Of a stretch of 64,000 nucleotides of DNA, positions 1-10,099 are shown one piece after another; within the stretch, counting starts at the first letter, position 1; every line of letters begins with the position of its first letter. Location: contig JBDRLQ010000001.1 of assembly GCA_043812915.1 (NCBI GenBank), positions 1 through 64,000 on the forward strand. Direction: 5' to 3'. The DNA comes from Candidatus Micrarchaeota archaeon. Its GTDB lineage: Archaea; Micrarchaeota; Micrarchaeia; Anstonellales; Bilamarchaeaceae. A program made the translations under genes and the position numbers. Below the pieces are notes generated by a model. The model was not told where the DNA came from. It was given only the letters and a program-made list of their open reading frames with translations, and made no database searches.

Positions 1-184
1 CTCTTTCGAGAGGCTAAAAAAGGATGGTTCATCGAAAGACCTGCCCGAAACACGCCGATGCCTTCCGCTCTCATGCGTACCTCACTATCGTTGTGATGGT
101 GCTTACCACCGCCTTCCAACCTGGATAGACAAGCAGGATAAGCTTGACCAAAAGGGGCAGGAGACCGGTATACGCAAGTTCCGC
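1..184 (+). pseudogene. Frameshifted C-terminal fragment of a DDE (IS4-like) transposase
   Basis: Joining three frames across two single-base gaps gives LFREAKKGWFIERPARNT/ADAFRSHAYLTIVVMVLTTAFQ/TWIDKQDKLDQKGQETGIRKFR. This resembles the region after the catalytic E of IS4-like transposases and is unrelated to the ACD sequence that begins at about 185. Confidence 0.6.
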
Positions 185-910
185 GCAAAAGATGGCAGGG
201 TGCTCCTCGAGTGGATGAAGAAAGTCAATATGAAGAAGCCGATAATCGCGCTGAAGGCCGGAAAGTACGCGACCGGCATGGCCGCTGCCAAAACCCATAC
301 CGGAAATATCGCAGGTTCGTATCTTGCTTATAAGTCTGCATTCAAGCAGGCAGGAGTTACTGAAGCGCACAGCCTGGATGAGTTGTTTGATTTCGTAAGA
401 ATCTTCAACCAGCCGCTCCCGAAAGGGAATAGGGTTGGGATAATAACGAACGGTGGCGGAATGGGAATTCTGACCACTGATGCAGTTGAGGATGAAGGCC
501 TGGTCATGTCCAAGTTCTCAAGCGATACTGCTGCGAAACTCAAGGAAATTCTGCCATCATATGGAACTGTTGCGAACCCGCTGGACCTGGTTGCGGATGC
601 AGGCGTTGAAGCGTATGAGAAGGCGATTGAAGCATATATGGAGGATCCGGAAATAGATGCCCTTGCGATAGTTGTGCTTATGCAGACCCCGCCTATCGAC
701 GAGAGGATACTGCACATACTGATTAAGGCATCTGATGATCGGAGAAAACCGATACTTACTATTTCTGTTGGGGGAGAATACACTGAAAATTATCGGAAAA
801 TACTCGAGGCAAGAGGAGTTCCTTGCTACCAATCGCCCGCATCCGCAATAAAGGCCCTCAAACGCTTTGTGGAATATGCAGAGCGCAAGAGGAAAATAAG
901 GAAGAGATAG
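185..910 (+). CDS. acdA: ADP-forming acetate/acyl-CoA ligase alpha subunit, C-terminal part (5' truncated)
   Basis: AKDGR..KKPIIALKAGK, phospho-His motif AKTHTGNIAG, ITNGGGMGILTTD and NPLDL. The N-terminal CoA-binding domain is absent. Confidence 0.85.
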   Translation, partial: AKDGRVLLEWMKKVNMKKPIIALKAGKYATGMAAAKTHTGNIAGSYLAYKSAFKQAGVTEAHSLDELFDFVRIFNQPLPKGNRVGIITNGGGMGILTTDAVEDEGLVMSKFSSDTAAKLKEILPSYGTVANPLDLVADAGVEAYEKAIEAYMEDPEIDALAIVVLMQTPPIDERILHILIKASDDRRKPILTISVGGEYTENYRKILEARGVPCYQSPASAIKALKRFVEYAERKRKIRKR

Positions 911-980
911 GCCTTTTTAGGGAGAGGGCATAATTCTACTATTCTATACCTCAATAAAGTTTAACATAAATATAATAAAT

Positions 981-996
981 TGTTACTATAGTTACA
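981..996. promoter_or_regulatory. Imperfect 16-bp palindrome TGTTACTATAGTTACA in an AT-rich promoter
   Basis: Seven of eight base pairs are symmetric. It lies just downstream of TATA-like AAATATAA and upstream of ORF 1037. Confidence 0.4.
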
Positions 997-1036
997 TTAC
1001 ATACACATACAATATTTCATTTAACGTGGTGTAAAA

Positions 1037-1276
1037 ATGGCATTTCTATATATTTACGATCTGAAGGCAAAGAATAAGCACGAATTCGGCAGGCTAAAGC
1101 GCATTTTCTACTATCACCTTGCGAAGCTAAATCTGGGGAGAGAGCTATGGAAGACCAAATCCGCATTTGCAGTGCCTGAGGGTAAGGAAATCTCCGTGGA
1201 TGCCTTTTTCAAGCGTTTCAGGGGCTCAGTTGAAGTATACAAGGCATTTGTGCTTTCAATTGAAGAGCTGGAATGA
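1037..1276 (+). CDS. Orphan Cas2/VapD-like small protein
   Basis: 79 aa. N-terminal beta strand LYIYDL with Asp at the Cas2 catalytic position, a basic helix, and KSAFAV comparable to Cas2 QxSVF. GGTGT SD. Confidence 0.6.
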   Translation: MAFLYIYDLKAKNKHEFGRLKRIFYYHLAKLNLGRELWKTKSAFAVPEGKEISVDAFFKRFRGSVEVYKAFVLSIEELE

Positions 1277-1321
1277 AAGAATAACAGATGCAAATTAGTG
1301 GAACTATGGGGTCCCTCTCAC

Positions 1322-2905
1322 CTATTCTAAGTATATCTCACAGAGATAAACATCGAATTCAAGGCCGAATTTTTCAAGAATTTTCTTATCCACCTTTCCG
1401 AAAACTCCTATTCCCTTGTTCCTGACCAAGATTGCGGCGCTGCGCTCCTTGTCAAAAATCACAGTATCCAGGCCCTTCAGTTCAAACTGGAGCCCCATCT
1501 CCCGGAGCAGGGTCTGCAGATATCCTTTGACAGTTGAAAAGTCCAGCTTCTGATCCATCACACCAAAAACAAGCCTCTTCTGCGTCTCATGATTATAGAC
1601 TATGCCTATCTCATAGAACTTCTGGGGCAGGCCCTTGGTCTTGTTGGTCGCAAAAGTATCCAGAGCATCGGCGAGGAGCGTCGGCCTGATTGCGGTGAAT
1701 TCCTCACCGGATGGATTGATTATGGTCTTGGTATTCTGCTCATATCCAATGCTCATGAGCTTGCTCTCATTTGTGAGGATGAAGGTGTCTGTCTGCATGA
1801 AGCCCATCCCGCGCATGACCTCATGGGCTTTGTCATATCTATGGTCTGCCTGCCCGGCGCTGAAGAAATTTGGTAGGGTTGGCTTGAAATTATTGTATCC
1901 GTAGGAAATTGCGACATCCTCGACAATATCCACCATGCCAATGATATCCGCCCGGTATGGCGGCACGAGAACATCCCCACCATCGACTTCATAGCCCATC
2001 CTGGAAAGATGATTCGTGATTTCCTCCTTTGAAAATTCCATTCCAAGGACCTTATTGACATGCTCCACATCAAGTTTCATCCTTTTTGGCTCAAGGTCGG
2101 GCGACTGGAACCTCTCTGTGCCATAATCCATCTCGACCGAGCAGATGGTTCCGCCCATGTCCGCGAAGGTGCAAACAATAATGTTCAGCGCGGCCTTGCA
2201 GGCATAAATGTCCGTCCCAGTAACCTCAATAAACACCCCCGTCGTTTCCAGATCCACCATTCCAGTCTCCTGGGAATTGACTATCGGTATGAGCGCCATC
2301 ACCTTGTTATTGGCATCCAGGAAGACCGGAAGCCTTGGCAAATCCTTTATAAGGTGCCCGTACTCCTGGCCTTTCGGGTGCTTCTCGAGAATCTCCGCTG
2401 CGCCTGCCTCATGGGGATAATTGAGGGGGCGGTATCGGACATCCTCAGCTTTCAATGTAGTATATTTCACAGGGAATTTTATGGCGTGCAAAGGATAGAT
2501 TCCAATACCAAAGCGTTTCACTTTCCTGCCTAGTGTGCCAAGCAGCTTCTCCTGCAGGAGCACCATGTCAACGATTCGTTCATCAGTGAATTCAAGCCCC
2601 TTCACAACAGCGCATACACTGAACGGCCGGACCTTCGCAACAGACGCGTCCACAATTACTTTGTAATCGGACTTCTTGACTCTGTAATTATTGTGCTTTC
2701 TCCCATAGTATGATTTCAATGCCCGGCTCATCCCTTCCATGGAATACCAGTCGGGCCTGTTCGGGGTCAGTTCGACAAGGACTTTCCTAGTGCCATTATC
2801 ATACTCACACGGAGCGCCAATCTCCATCAGCCCGTCAATCACCTGCTCTTTCGTGAGCCCTGTGATCTTCTTCATCTCATCATAAAGGAATTCCACTACA
2901 ACCAT
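1322..2905 (-). CDS. pheT: Phenylalanine--tRNA ligase beta subunit (archaeal type)
   Basis: ELTPNRPD, LQEKL..TLGRK, PIVNS, VPPYRADI..DIVEDVAISYGYNN. Confidence 0.97.
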   Translation of the reverse strand: MVVVEFLYDEMKKITGLTKEQVIDGLMEIGAPCEYDNGTRKVLVELTPNRPDWYSMEGMSRALKSYYGRKHNNYRVKKSDYKVIVDASVAKVRPFSVCAVVKGLEFTDERIVDMVLLQEKLLGTLGRKVKRFGIGIYPLHAIKFPVKYTTLKAEDVRYRPLNYPHEAGAAEILEKHPKGQEYGHLIKDLPRLPVFLDANNKVMALIPIVNSQETGMVDLETTGVFIEVTGTDIYACKAALNIIVCTFADMGGTICSVEMDYGTERFQSPDLEPKRMKLDVEHVNKVLGMEFSKEEITNHLSRMGYEVDGGDVLVPPYRADIIGMVDIVEDVAISYGYNNFKPTLPNFFSAGQADHRYDKAHEVMRGMGFMQTDTFILTNESKLMSIGYEQNTKTIINPSGEEFTAIRPTLLADALDTFATNKTKGLPQKFYEIGIVYNHETQKRLVFGVMDQKLDFSTVKGYLQTLLREMGLQFELKGLDTVIFDKERSAAILVRNKGIGVFGKVDKKILEKFGLEFDVYLCEIYLE

Positions 2906-3757
2906 TCAATCATCCTGCATGCATATATCGTAAATTTCGCTCGTGCTGTAATCAACCACGTAACGGGCGAATCTTGCCTCTTCCCGGCACACGATTCCCT
3001 TCTTGGCAGGTTCATTTTTATATTCTTCCGCAAGTCCGTCCAGGCAATAGAGGAGGTCCTGCACATCCGCAACTATCACCAGTTCCCGCTCCTCACAGGC
3101 GGCAATCTTTGCGTTCAGCTCGCCCCCCTCACCCATATTGTAGTAGTAACCAAACCCGACTCCTGTAAGGAGAGAAAAGGCGATTCCGACAGCGGCTGCT
3201 TTACTGACACCCAAATCATCGAACCTGTCGCGTACCCAGAAAGCAACCCCAAGCCCTCCGAACAAGCCGAGCAGGTGGGCGGAATGCGCTATTCCATCCA
3301 TCGCGCCAAGGCCAAGGAGCTCGATTGCAACGTAGACGAATCCTGCGACGTACATCGGCATCGGCACGCCCATAAGGTAAATCCTCATCTTCGGGAGGAT
3401 GAGCACAAGCGCGCCAATCAGCCCGTATATCGCGCCCGAAGCCCCGAGCGCCGAGCTGAATGGGGTGCTAAGAAGCATGAATCCGATTGCGCCAACAGCT
3501 CCAGATACAAGATAGAGCAGGAGGAAGTTTCCCTTCCCGATTGTGCGCTCAAGCGCCCCCCCAAAGATGAACAGCGCGAACATATTGAAGAACAGGTGCT
3601 GCAAATCCCCGTGCGCGAACATGCTGGTGAAAATCAGCCAAGGCTCCTGCAGCAGGCCGACCGGCTTGAGGATTATATTCCCCTCTAAACCTGGCACCCC
3701 CAGCTGGCCTATGAAAACGAAAATGCACGCCATAATCAGTATCTCGGTAATTCTCAT
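2906..3757 (-). CDS. Rhomboid intramembrane serine protease with a Cys-containing C-terminal extension
   Basis: TSMFAHGDLQHLFFNM, catalytic GASG and AHSAHL. Start moved to ATG 3757, just past the purF stop. Confidence 0.92.
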   Translation of the reverse strand: MRITEILIMACIFVFIGQLGVPGLEGNIILKPVGLLQEPWLIFTSMFAHGDLQHLFFNMFALFIFGGALERTIGKGNFLLLYLVSGAVGAIGFMLLSTPFSSALGASGAIYGLIGALVLILPKMRIYLMGVPMPMYVAGFVYVAIELLGLGAMDGIAHSAHLLGLFGGLGVAFWVRDRFDDLGVSKAAAVGIAFSLLTGVGFGYYYNMGEGGELNAKIAACEERELVIVADVQDLLYCLDGLAEEYKNEPAKKGIVCREEARFARYVVDYSTSEIYDICMQDD

Positions 3758-3761
3758 CCTT

Positions 3762-5147
3762 TCACATCCTGCTTTCAGCCAGCTTCCGGACAAAATCGGA
3801 ATGGTACTCCCCATTCAGGCAGCCTGTGCATATCGGCACTCCGATTGCCCTCTTCAGGCCGTCAATTGAAAGGTATCCCAGGCTGTCGGCACCAAGATGC
3901 GCACGTATCTCATCCACTGTTTTCTGGTTCGCTATCAGTTCCCTGTATGTGGACATATCAACCCCGTAGAAGCAGGGCGCCTTTATCGGCGGGCTCGTTA
4001 TCCGAAGGTGCACTTCCTCTGCCCCCGCGGCTTTCACGATGGCAACAATCTCCCTCAGCGTGGTGCCCCGGACAATGCTGTCATCCACCAACACCACCCT
4101 CTTGCCCTCTATCACTTCCCGCACAGGATTGAGCTTCAGATTCACCGCCGCGGCTCTCTTCTCCTGGCTTGGCATTATGAATGTCCGCCCTATATACCTG
4201 TTCTTTATCAGCCCTTCCCGGACCTCTATGCCCGCCGCCTTCCCGAAGGCCGCGGCCGCGGTCCTTGCGGTGTCCGGAACTGCCATCACAACATCCGCTT
4301 CCACCGGATGCTCCCTCGCGAGTTCTTCACCCAGCCTTGTGCGGACTGTAAAAACACTTGCCCCATTGATTATCGAATCAGGCCTTGAGAAGTATACATA
4401 CTCGAACATGCAGTGCTTCGGGCTGCCCCCAACAAGCTGCGTTGTACTGGATTTCCCATCGGCTATTCTGACAAGCGAGCCCCCCTTCACTTCGCCCTTA
4501 TAAGGAATCCTGTTCACGTCGAGCGCGACGCTCTCAGAGGCAAAGCATATGAAATCATCATTCTCTCCATAAATGAGCGGCCTGATGGAGAACCTATCCC
4601 TGAAGACCGCCAGAACCCCTTTATAGATACAAACATCTGAAAACGCGCCTTCAAAAGTCTCGATAATCTCCCTGGCGCCCCCCTCCAGGTCTCCTGCCCT
4701 TTCCATCACAAAGACCATCGGCTCGGAGTCCACGGTGCTCTGGTATTCAAAGCCCTCCTTTTCCAAGCTTGCTTTCAATTCATCATAATTGGCGATATGC
4801 CCATTATGCGCAACTGCGATGTCCCCCTTGACTGAGGGCTGCACGTCTCCCTCCTGACAGCCCCCTATTGTGGGGTATCTGGTGTGCCCTATCCCAAGGC
4901 TCCCCCTGACTTTTAGGTCTTCAGGCTTGAAGATCTCAGTCACAAGCCCTATTCCACGCTTGGCGGTAATCCCTTTCCCATCCCAGACTGCGAATCCTGC
5001 GGCATCCTGTCCCCGGTGCTGCAGCGCGAAAAGGGCGCGGTACATGAGAGGGGCAACGTCCTTTCCAGTCTTGGAGTAAATCGCGACAATGCCGCACTCC
5101 TCGCCCTTCTCCTCAGTAATGTAAGTAGAACTGACCTCCACTGCCAT
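3762..5147 (-). CDS. purF: Amidophosphoribosyltransferase
   Basis: Propeptide plus EECG, LQHRGQD, GHTRY, CMFEYVYFSRPDS, PRPP motif VDDSIVRGTT, PCFYGVD. Confidence 0.98.
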   Translation of the reverse strand: MAVEVSSTYITEEKGEECGIVAIYSKTGKDVAPLMYRALFALQHRGQDAAGFAVWDGKGITAKRGIGLVTEIFKPEDLKVRGSLGIGHTRYPTIGGCQEGDVQPSVKGDIAVAHNGHIANYDELKASLEKEGFEYQSTVDSEPMVFVMERAGDLEGGAREIIETFEGAFSDVCIYKGVLAVFRDRFSIRPLIYGENDDFICFASESVALDVNRIPYKGEVKGGSLVRIADGKSSTTQLVGGSPKHCMFEYVYFSRPDSIINGASVFTVRTRLGEELAREHPVEADVVMAVPDTARTAAAAFGKAAGIEVREGLIKNRYIGRTFIMPSQEKRAAAVNLKLNPVREVIEGKRVVLVDDSIVRGTTLREIVAIVKAAGAEEVHLRITSPPIKAPCFYGVDMSTYRELIANQKTVDEIRAHLGADSLGYLSIDGLKRAIGVPICTGCLNGEYHSDFVRKLAESRM

Positions 5148-5280
5148 GGAAGATACTGTGCACGGTCTGCTTTTAATTATTATCCGGCGGCAGAATCATG
5201 CCTGGAGGGGGCAATGCAACCGTTAAAAACCGTTGCCAACACCTTCTTTGTCACTATCATTCTTAGAGCGAGGAGTTATC

Positions 5281-6441
5281 ATGAGAGGAGTCTCTATCAT
5301 AGGATGCGGAATGACAAAGTTCGGCGAGAACTGGGAGCAGGGCTTCCGTGACTTGGTTGTCGAGGCGGGCACAAGGGCAATCATGGACGCTGGCATATCC
5401 GGCGACAACATAAGCGCCGGATTCGTCGGTACAATGGCATCTGGAAAGCTGATTGGCCAGGAGCACATAGGGGCCCTTCTTGCGGATTATATGGGCCTCA
5501 ACCCTATCCCGATCACAAGGGTCGAAGGCGCGTGCGCCTCGGGCAGCCTTGCCCTTAGGCAGGGACTGATGGCAATCGCCTCGGGCATGCATGACATTGT
5601 TGTCGTGGGTGGCGTGGAGAAGATGACTGATTTGGGGGTCGGGGCTGTCAGCGACATCCTCGGGGGCGCAGGAGACCAGGAATGGGAGCTCTTCCTGGGC
5701 GCCACATTCCCGGGCATTTACGCCCTTATGGCAAGGAAGCACATGGAGCAGTTCGGGACAACCGAAGAGATGCTCGCCTCGGCTTCTGTCAAGAACCACA
5801 AGAACGGCGCCAAGAACAAGTACGCACAGTTTCAGAGGGAAATCACGATTGATGATGTCATGAACTCCAAAATGGTCGCAAGCCCGCTCAAGGTGCTTGA
5901 CTGCTCTCCGATAACGGATGGCGCGGCAGCGGTCGTTCTGGCTGCAACCGAAGTCTCAGAGAGCTTCACAAAGAAGCCAATCCACATAATCGGAAGCGGA
6001 CAGGCGAGTGACTCAATCGCGCTTCATTCAAGGGAGTTTGTGACCGGCCTGAAGGCAACCCAGATTGCCTCGAAGAAAGCTTATGAGCGGGCAGGGCTTG
6101 GCCCAAAGGACATCAATGTCGTCGAGGTGCATGACTGCTTCTCGATTGCGGAAATAATGGCGATAGAGGACCTTGGCTTCTTCGAGAAGGGTCAAGGTGG
6201 GCCCGCCAGCCTGGAAGGCAGGACTGCCCTTGACGGGCAAATCCCGGTCAATACATCCGGGGGCCTGAAGGCTTGTGGCCATCCGGTCGGTGCAACTGGC
6301 GTAAAACAGGCGGTCGAAATCTGCTGGCAGCTTCGTGGTGAGGCTGAAGGCAGGCAGGTCAAGGGAGCTTCGGTCGGGATGACCCACAATGTAGGCGGCT
6401 CTGGCGCAACGTCGGTTGTTCATGTTTACAAAAAGGATTAG
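5281..6441 (+). CDS. Archaeal acetyl-CoA C-acetyltransferase (thiolase)
   Basis: VEGACASG, GGVEKM, DCSPITDGAAA, EVHDCF, NTSGGLKACGHPVGATG. Confidence 0.95.
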   Translation: MRGVSIIGCGMTKFGENWEQGFRDLVVEAGTRAIMDAGISGDNISAGFVGTMASGKLIGQEHIGALLADYMGLNPIPITRVEGACASGSLALRQGLMAIASGMHDIVVVGGVEKMTDLGVGAVSDILGGAGDQEWELFLGATFPGIYALMARKHMEQFGTTEEMLASASVKNHKNGAKNKYAQFQREITIDDVMNSKMVASPLKVLDCSPITDGAAAVVLAATEVSESFTKKPIHIIGSGQASDSIALHSREFVTGLKATQIASKKAYERAGLGPKDINVVEVHDCFSIAEIMAIEDLGFFEKGQGGPASLEGRTALDGQIPVNTSGGLKACGHPVGATGVKQAVEICWQLRGEAEGRQVKGASVGMTHNVGGSGATSVVHVYKKD

Positions 6442-6522
6442 GCCACGGCGCACGAGCGGCATGGTTTAATTACTTTGGATGCAGATTAGGAACAGAGGGT
6501 GAGGAGGAACTTCGTGGTGCCA

Positions 6523-7188
6523 ATGAAGGCTGAAATAATACCTGCCGTATTAGTTCGGACAAGGGACGAGCTGCTGCTCGCACTCAGGAAGGTGAAACCT
6601 TTCGTTGATACTGTCCAGCTGGATATCATGGACGGGATGTTTGTGCCAAACAACACAATCGGTACAAAACACCTGCGCGGTCTTCCAGAGGGCCTCAAGT
6701 ATGAGATTCACTGGATGGTCCTTGAGCCGGAGAGGTGGATTGCCAAGGTGAAAGGTGATTACCTGCACATTGTCCACGTGGAGACAATCCGGGATTTTGC
6801 CAGGCTACAAAAAATAGTGAAAGACAATGGCGGAAAGCTCGGAATCGCGATTAATCCGGAGACTCCGGCGGAGAAACTTACACCTTACCTAGAGAGTTTG
6901 GATTACGTTCTTGTAATGACTGTCAGCCCCGGGTTCTCAGGGCAGAAGTATATGAAGGAGATGGAGGCGCGGGTTGCCGGACTTCGGAAGAAATACGGGA
7001 ATATCGACATAGAGGTTGATGGCGGCCTGAACAAAGAGACTGCTCTTGGGGCCGCATCCGCAGGCGCAAACAAGATCGCGGCCGCAAGCTCGATATTCAG
7101 GGCATTTGATGTGGGGAAGGCAGTCAGGGAATTGCAAGAGAGCGCGGACGAAGGGTGCAAAAAATGGGCGAGAAAAAGTTCAGGGTAA
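6523..7188 (+). CDS. rpe: Ribulose-phosphate 3-epimerase
   Basis: DIMDGMFVPN, EIHWMV, VMTVSPGFSGQ, IEVDGG. Confidence 0.95.
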   Translation: MKAEIIPAVLVRTRDELLLALRKVKPFVDTVQLDIMDGMFVPNNTIGTKHLRGLPEGLKYEIHWMVLEPERWIAKVKGDYLHIVHVETIRDFARLQKIVKDNGGKLGIAINPETPAEKLTPYLESLDYVLVMTVSPGFSGQKYMKEMEARVAGLRKKYGNIDIEVDGGLNKETALGAASAGANKIAAASSIFRAFDVGKAVRELQESADEGCKKWARKSSG

Positions 7189-8033
7189 CCAACATCAAGA
7201 AACTGAAACTTATGGCGAACACCATTCGTCAGGATGTCGTGAAGATGCTTCTCGAGGCAAAATCCGGCCACTCCGCAGGCTCTATAGGCTTAGCGGACAT
7301 ATTCGCCGCACTCTATTTCAACGTGCTCTATCATGACCCCTCAGAGCCTGACTGGCCCGAGAGGGACCGCTTCGTTTTATCAAATGGCCATGTCTGCCCC
7401 GTCCTTTACGCGGCCATGGCGAATGCTGGCTATTTCCCCAAAGAGGAACTCCTAACGCTGAGGAAATTGGGGAGCCGGCTCCAGGGGCACCCCCACAGGG
7501 GAGTTCTTCCAGGAATCGAGAATTCCTCGGGCCCCCTTGGCCAGGGCCTCTCACAAGCGGTCGGGATGGCGCTCATTTCAAAGTCCGGGAAGAGGAGATG
7601 GAGGGTTTACGCGATGCTTTCAGATGGTGAGCACCAGGAAGGCCAGACCTGGGAGGCTATGATGCTCGCTGCCAAATACCACCTTGGAAACCTCACGGTG
7701 ATAATCGACCGGAACAATATCCAGATAGACGGCTTTACTGAGGAAGTGCTCCCCCTGGAGTCCCTGGCTGAGAAATACCGCTCATTTGGCTGGCATGTGA
7801 TAGATGTGGATGGCCACAACATAAAGAAGATTATCGATGCGTGCGAGGAGAGCAAGGCAGTCTACGAGAAGCCGACCGTCATAATCGCGCACACGGTCCC
7901 TGGAAAGGGAATCCCCTTCATGGAATTCGAAACCAAATGGCATGGGATGCCTCCGACCAAGGAACAGGCCGCAGAGGCCATCAAGTTCCTGGAGACAGAG
8001 CGCAGGTATGTCGAGCAGGAGGGAGCCGAATGA
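7164..8033 (+). CDS. Transketolase, N-terminal (TPP-binding) subunit
   Basis: SGH, RDRFVLSNGH, LQGHP, SGPLGQG, SDGEHQEG..N motif. Confidence 0.96.
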   Translation: MGEKKFRVTNIKKLKLMANTIRQDVVKMLLEAKSGHSAGSIGLADIFAALYFNVLYHDPSEPDWPERDRFVLSNGHVCPVLYAAMANAGYFPKEELLTLRKLGSRLQGHPHRGVLPGIENSSGPLGQGLSQAVGMALISKSGKRRWRVYAMLSDGEHQEGQTWEAMMLAAKYHLGNLTVIIDRNNIQIDGFTEEVLPLESLAEKYRSFGWHVIDVDGHNIKKIIDACEESKAVYEKPTVIIAHTVPGKGIPFMEFETKWHGMPPTKEQAAEAIKFLETERRYVEQEGAE

Positions 8034-9013
8034 GCGGCAAGAATTATCATCTGGCAAAAGACCTTTTCGGTGAGCTTGAGAGGAAGCCGAGCCGCGATGG
8101 CTTTGGGAAGGCTTTGGTTGAGCTTGGGGAAAAGGACGAGAACGTCTGGGTGTTGACCGCGGATGTCTCTGGCTCCACAAGGACCAATTGGTTCGCCGAC
8201 AAATACCCAAAGCGGTTCATACAGGTCGGCGTCGCCGAGCAGAATATGGCCGGTGTAGCAGCCGGCATCGCCGCATGCGGCAAGACTGTCTTCATCTCCG
8301 CCTACGGCGTATTCTCCCCTGGCCGGAACTGGGACCAGCTGCGGGTTTCTGTCTGCTATAATGACGTTCCGGTCATCTTCCACGCTTCCCACACGGGGCT
8401 GACTGTCGGTCCGGATGGCGCTTCGCACCAGGCGCTTGAGGACCTTTCAATGACCCGCGTGCTTCCGAACCTCACAGTCATCGTCCCATCGGACATGAAC
8501 CAGGTGAAGAAGGCATTCCTGGCAGCTGCTGCCAAGAAGAAGCCCGCGTACATCAGGACCTGCAGGGAGAACATGCCGATATTTACCACTGAAGAGACTC
8601 CATTCGAGATTGGCAAGGCGAATATCTATCGCGAGGGCGAGGATGTCGCCATCTTCGCATGCGGCCCGCTTGTCCATGAGGCCCTCAAGGCGGCGGAAGT
8701 GCTTGGGAAGAAGGGCATCTCCTGCGCGGTTGTTGACTGCCACACCATTTCGCCCATAGACAAGGGAACCATCATCGGCCAGGCCAAGAAGACTGGCCTG
8801 ATTGTCAGCGTGGAGGAGCACCAGATTGATGGCGGCCTCGGCAGCGCGATTGCGGAAGTTCTCGCAGAAGATGGCTGCCCTGGAAAGCTGAAGCGCCACG
8901 GGGTCTACAACCGCTTTGGGGAATCCGGGAGCGCGTTCGAGCTTCTTGCCAAATACAAGCTCGATGCCAAGGGAATCGAAGAGACTGTCATGAAGGCGGT
9001 CAAGGAAAAATGA
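8030..9013 (+). CDS. Transketolase, C-terminal subunit
   Basis: GVAEQNM, GPDGASHQ, VEEHQ..GGLG. ATGA overlap with the upstream subunit. Confidence 0.96.
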   Translation: MSGKNYHLAKDLFGELERKPSRDGFGKALVELGEKDENVWVLTADVSGSTRTNWFADKYPKRFIQVGVAEQNMAGVAAGIAACGKTVFISAYGVFSPGRNWDQLRVSVCYNDVPVIFHASHTGLTVGPDGASHQALEDLSMTRVLPNLTVIVPSDMNQVKKAFLAAAAKKKPAYIRTCRENMPIFTTEETPFEIGKANIYREGEDVAIFACGPLVHEALKAAEVLGKKGISCAVVDCHTISPIDKGTIIGQAKKTGLIVSVEEHQIDGGLGSAIAEVLAEDGCPGKLKRHGVYNRFGESGSAFELLAKYKLDAKGIEETVMKAVKEK

Positions 9014-9033
9014 TATTTAAAAGGTGAAACAGC

Positions 9034-9687
9034 ATGAGGTTTTTTCTCGATACTGCGGAAGTGGAAGACATAAAGAAGGGAATTGAGCTCGGGATCTGCG
9101 ATGGCGTTACTACGAATCCCACACTCATCATGAAGGCCGGCAAAGACCACAAGGCGGTCATCCGGGAAATCGCGAGGATTGTCCCTGGCCCCGTCAGTGT
9201 CGAGGGCGTTGCGGAAGACGCCGAGGGCATGGTGAAGGAAGGCGAGGAGTTCTCCAAATGGGGCGACAATATTGTGGTCAAAATTCCCATGACAAAGGAG
9301 GGCATGAAGGCGGTGCGCATTCTGGCCAGCAAGGAAATCAAGACCAACGTCACACTCATCTTCTCAGCTGCCCAGGCACTGCTCGCGGCCAAGGCCGGCG
9401 CGACCTATGTCTCCCCGTTTGTTGGAAGGCTGGACGACGTTTCAGAGGACGGGATGCTTCTCATCAACGACGTTCTCAACATATTCTCCAACTACGGCTA
9501 CGAGACAGAAGTGATTGTCGCCTCAGTCAGGCACCCATTGCATGTGTTGGAATCCGCAAGGCTCGGGGCGCACATTGCGACCGTTCCTCCGGAAGTTCTG
9601 GAGAAGCTGTGGAGCCACCCGCTTACCGACAAGGGAATAAAGACGTTCAAGGAGCACCACGAGAAACACAGGAAAAGCGTAAAATGA
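9034..9687 (+). CDS. tal: Transaldolase (FSA/TalC family)
   Basis: FFLDTA, GVTTNP, VVKIP Schiff-base Lys, [26 protein letters not shown]. Confidence 0.96.
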   Translation: MRFFLDTAEVEDIKKGIELGICDGVTTNPTLIMKAGKDHKAVIREIARIVPGPVSVEGVAEDAEGMVKEGEEFSKWGDNIVVKIPMTKEGMKAVRILASKEIKTNVTLIFSAAQALLAAKAGATYVSPFVGRLDDVSEDGMLLINDVLNIFSNYGYETEVIVASVRHPLHVLESARLGAHIATVPPEVLEKLWSHPLTDKGIKTFKEHHEKHRKSVK

Positions 9688-9691
9688 AGTG

Positions 9692-10099
9692 ATGGCCATG
9701 AAAGAATCAATACCGCTTACTTGGAGGAGGATACCTGAGAGGTACCTGCTGCTAGGAGTGAAATGTGAAACTTGCGGAAAGGCATATTTCCCAAAAAGGC
9801 CAATCTGCCCCAAATGCAGGAGGAAGGGCAAGCTCGTAAATGTTCAGTTCGCAGGCAAAGGCAAGGTATTCTCATTCACCGAGATTTCTGCTGCGGCGGC
9901 AGGTTTTGAGGATGCGGTCCCTTATGTGCTGGCGATAATCGAGCTTGATGAGGGCGCAAGGCTGACTGCCCAGATTGTGGATGCAAGAGGCGCCGATGTG
10001 AAAATAGGGGATCGGGTAGAGCAGGTCTTCCGAATCATCCAGAAGGACGACCCTGAGGGGCTCATCCACTATGGATTCAAGTTCAGGCTCATCGGCTGA
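9692..10099 (+). CDS. DUF35 Zn-ribbon/OB-fold protein (thiolase partner)
   Basis: WRRIPERY, CETC..FPKR..CPKC, G-x-I-HYGFKF. Confidence 0.93.
   Translation: MAMKESIPLTWRRIPERYLLLGVKCETCGKAYFPKRPICPKCRRKGKLVNVQFAGKGKVFSFTEISAAAAGFEDAVPYVLAIIELDEGARLTAQIVDARGADVKIGDRVEQVFRIIQKDDPEGLIHYGFKFRLIG

Noticed and set aside
920..1321. CRISPR array near the Cas2-like gene
   Set aside because: No regularly spaced direct repeats here or elsewhere in the window.
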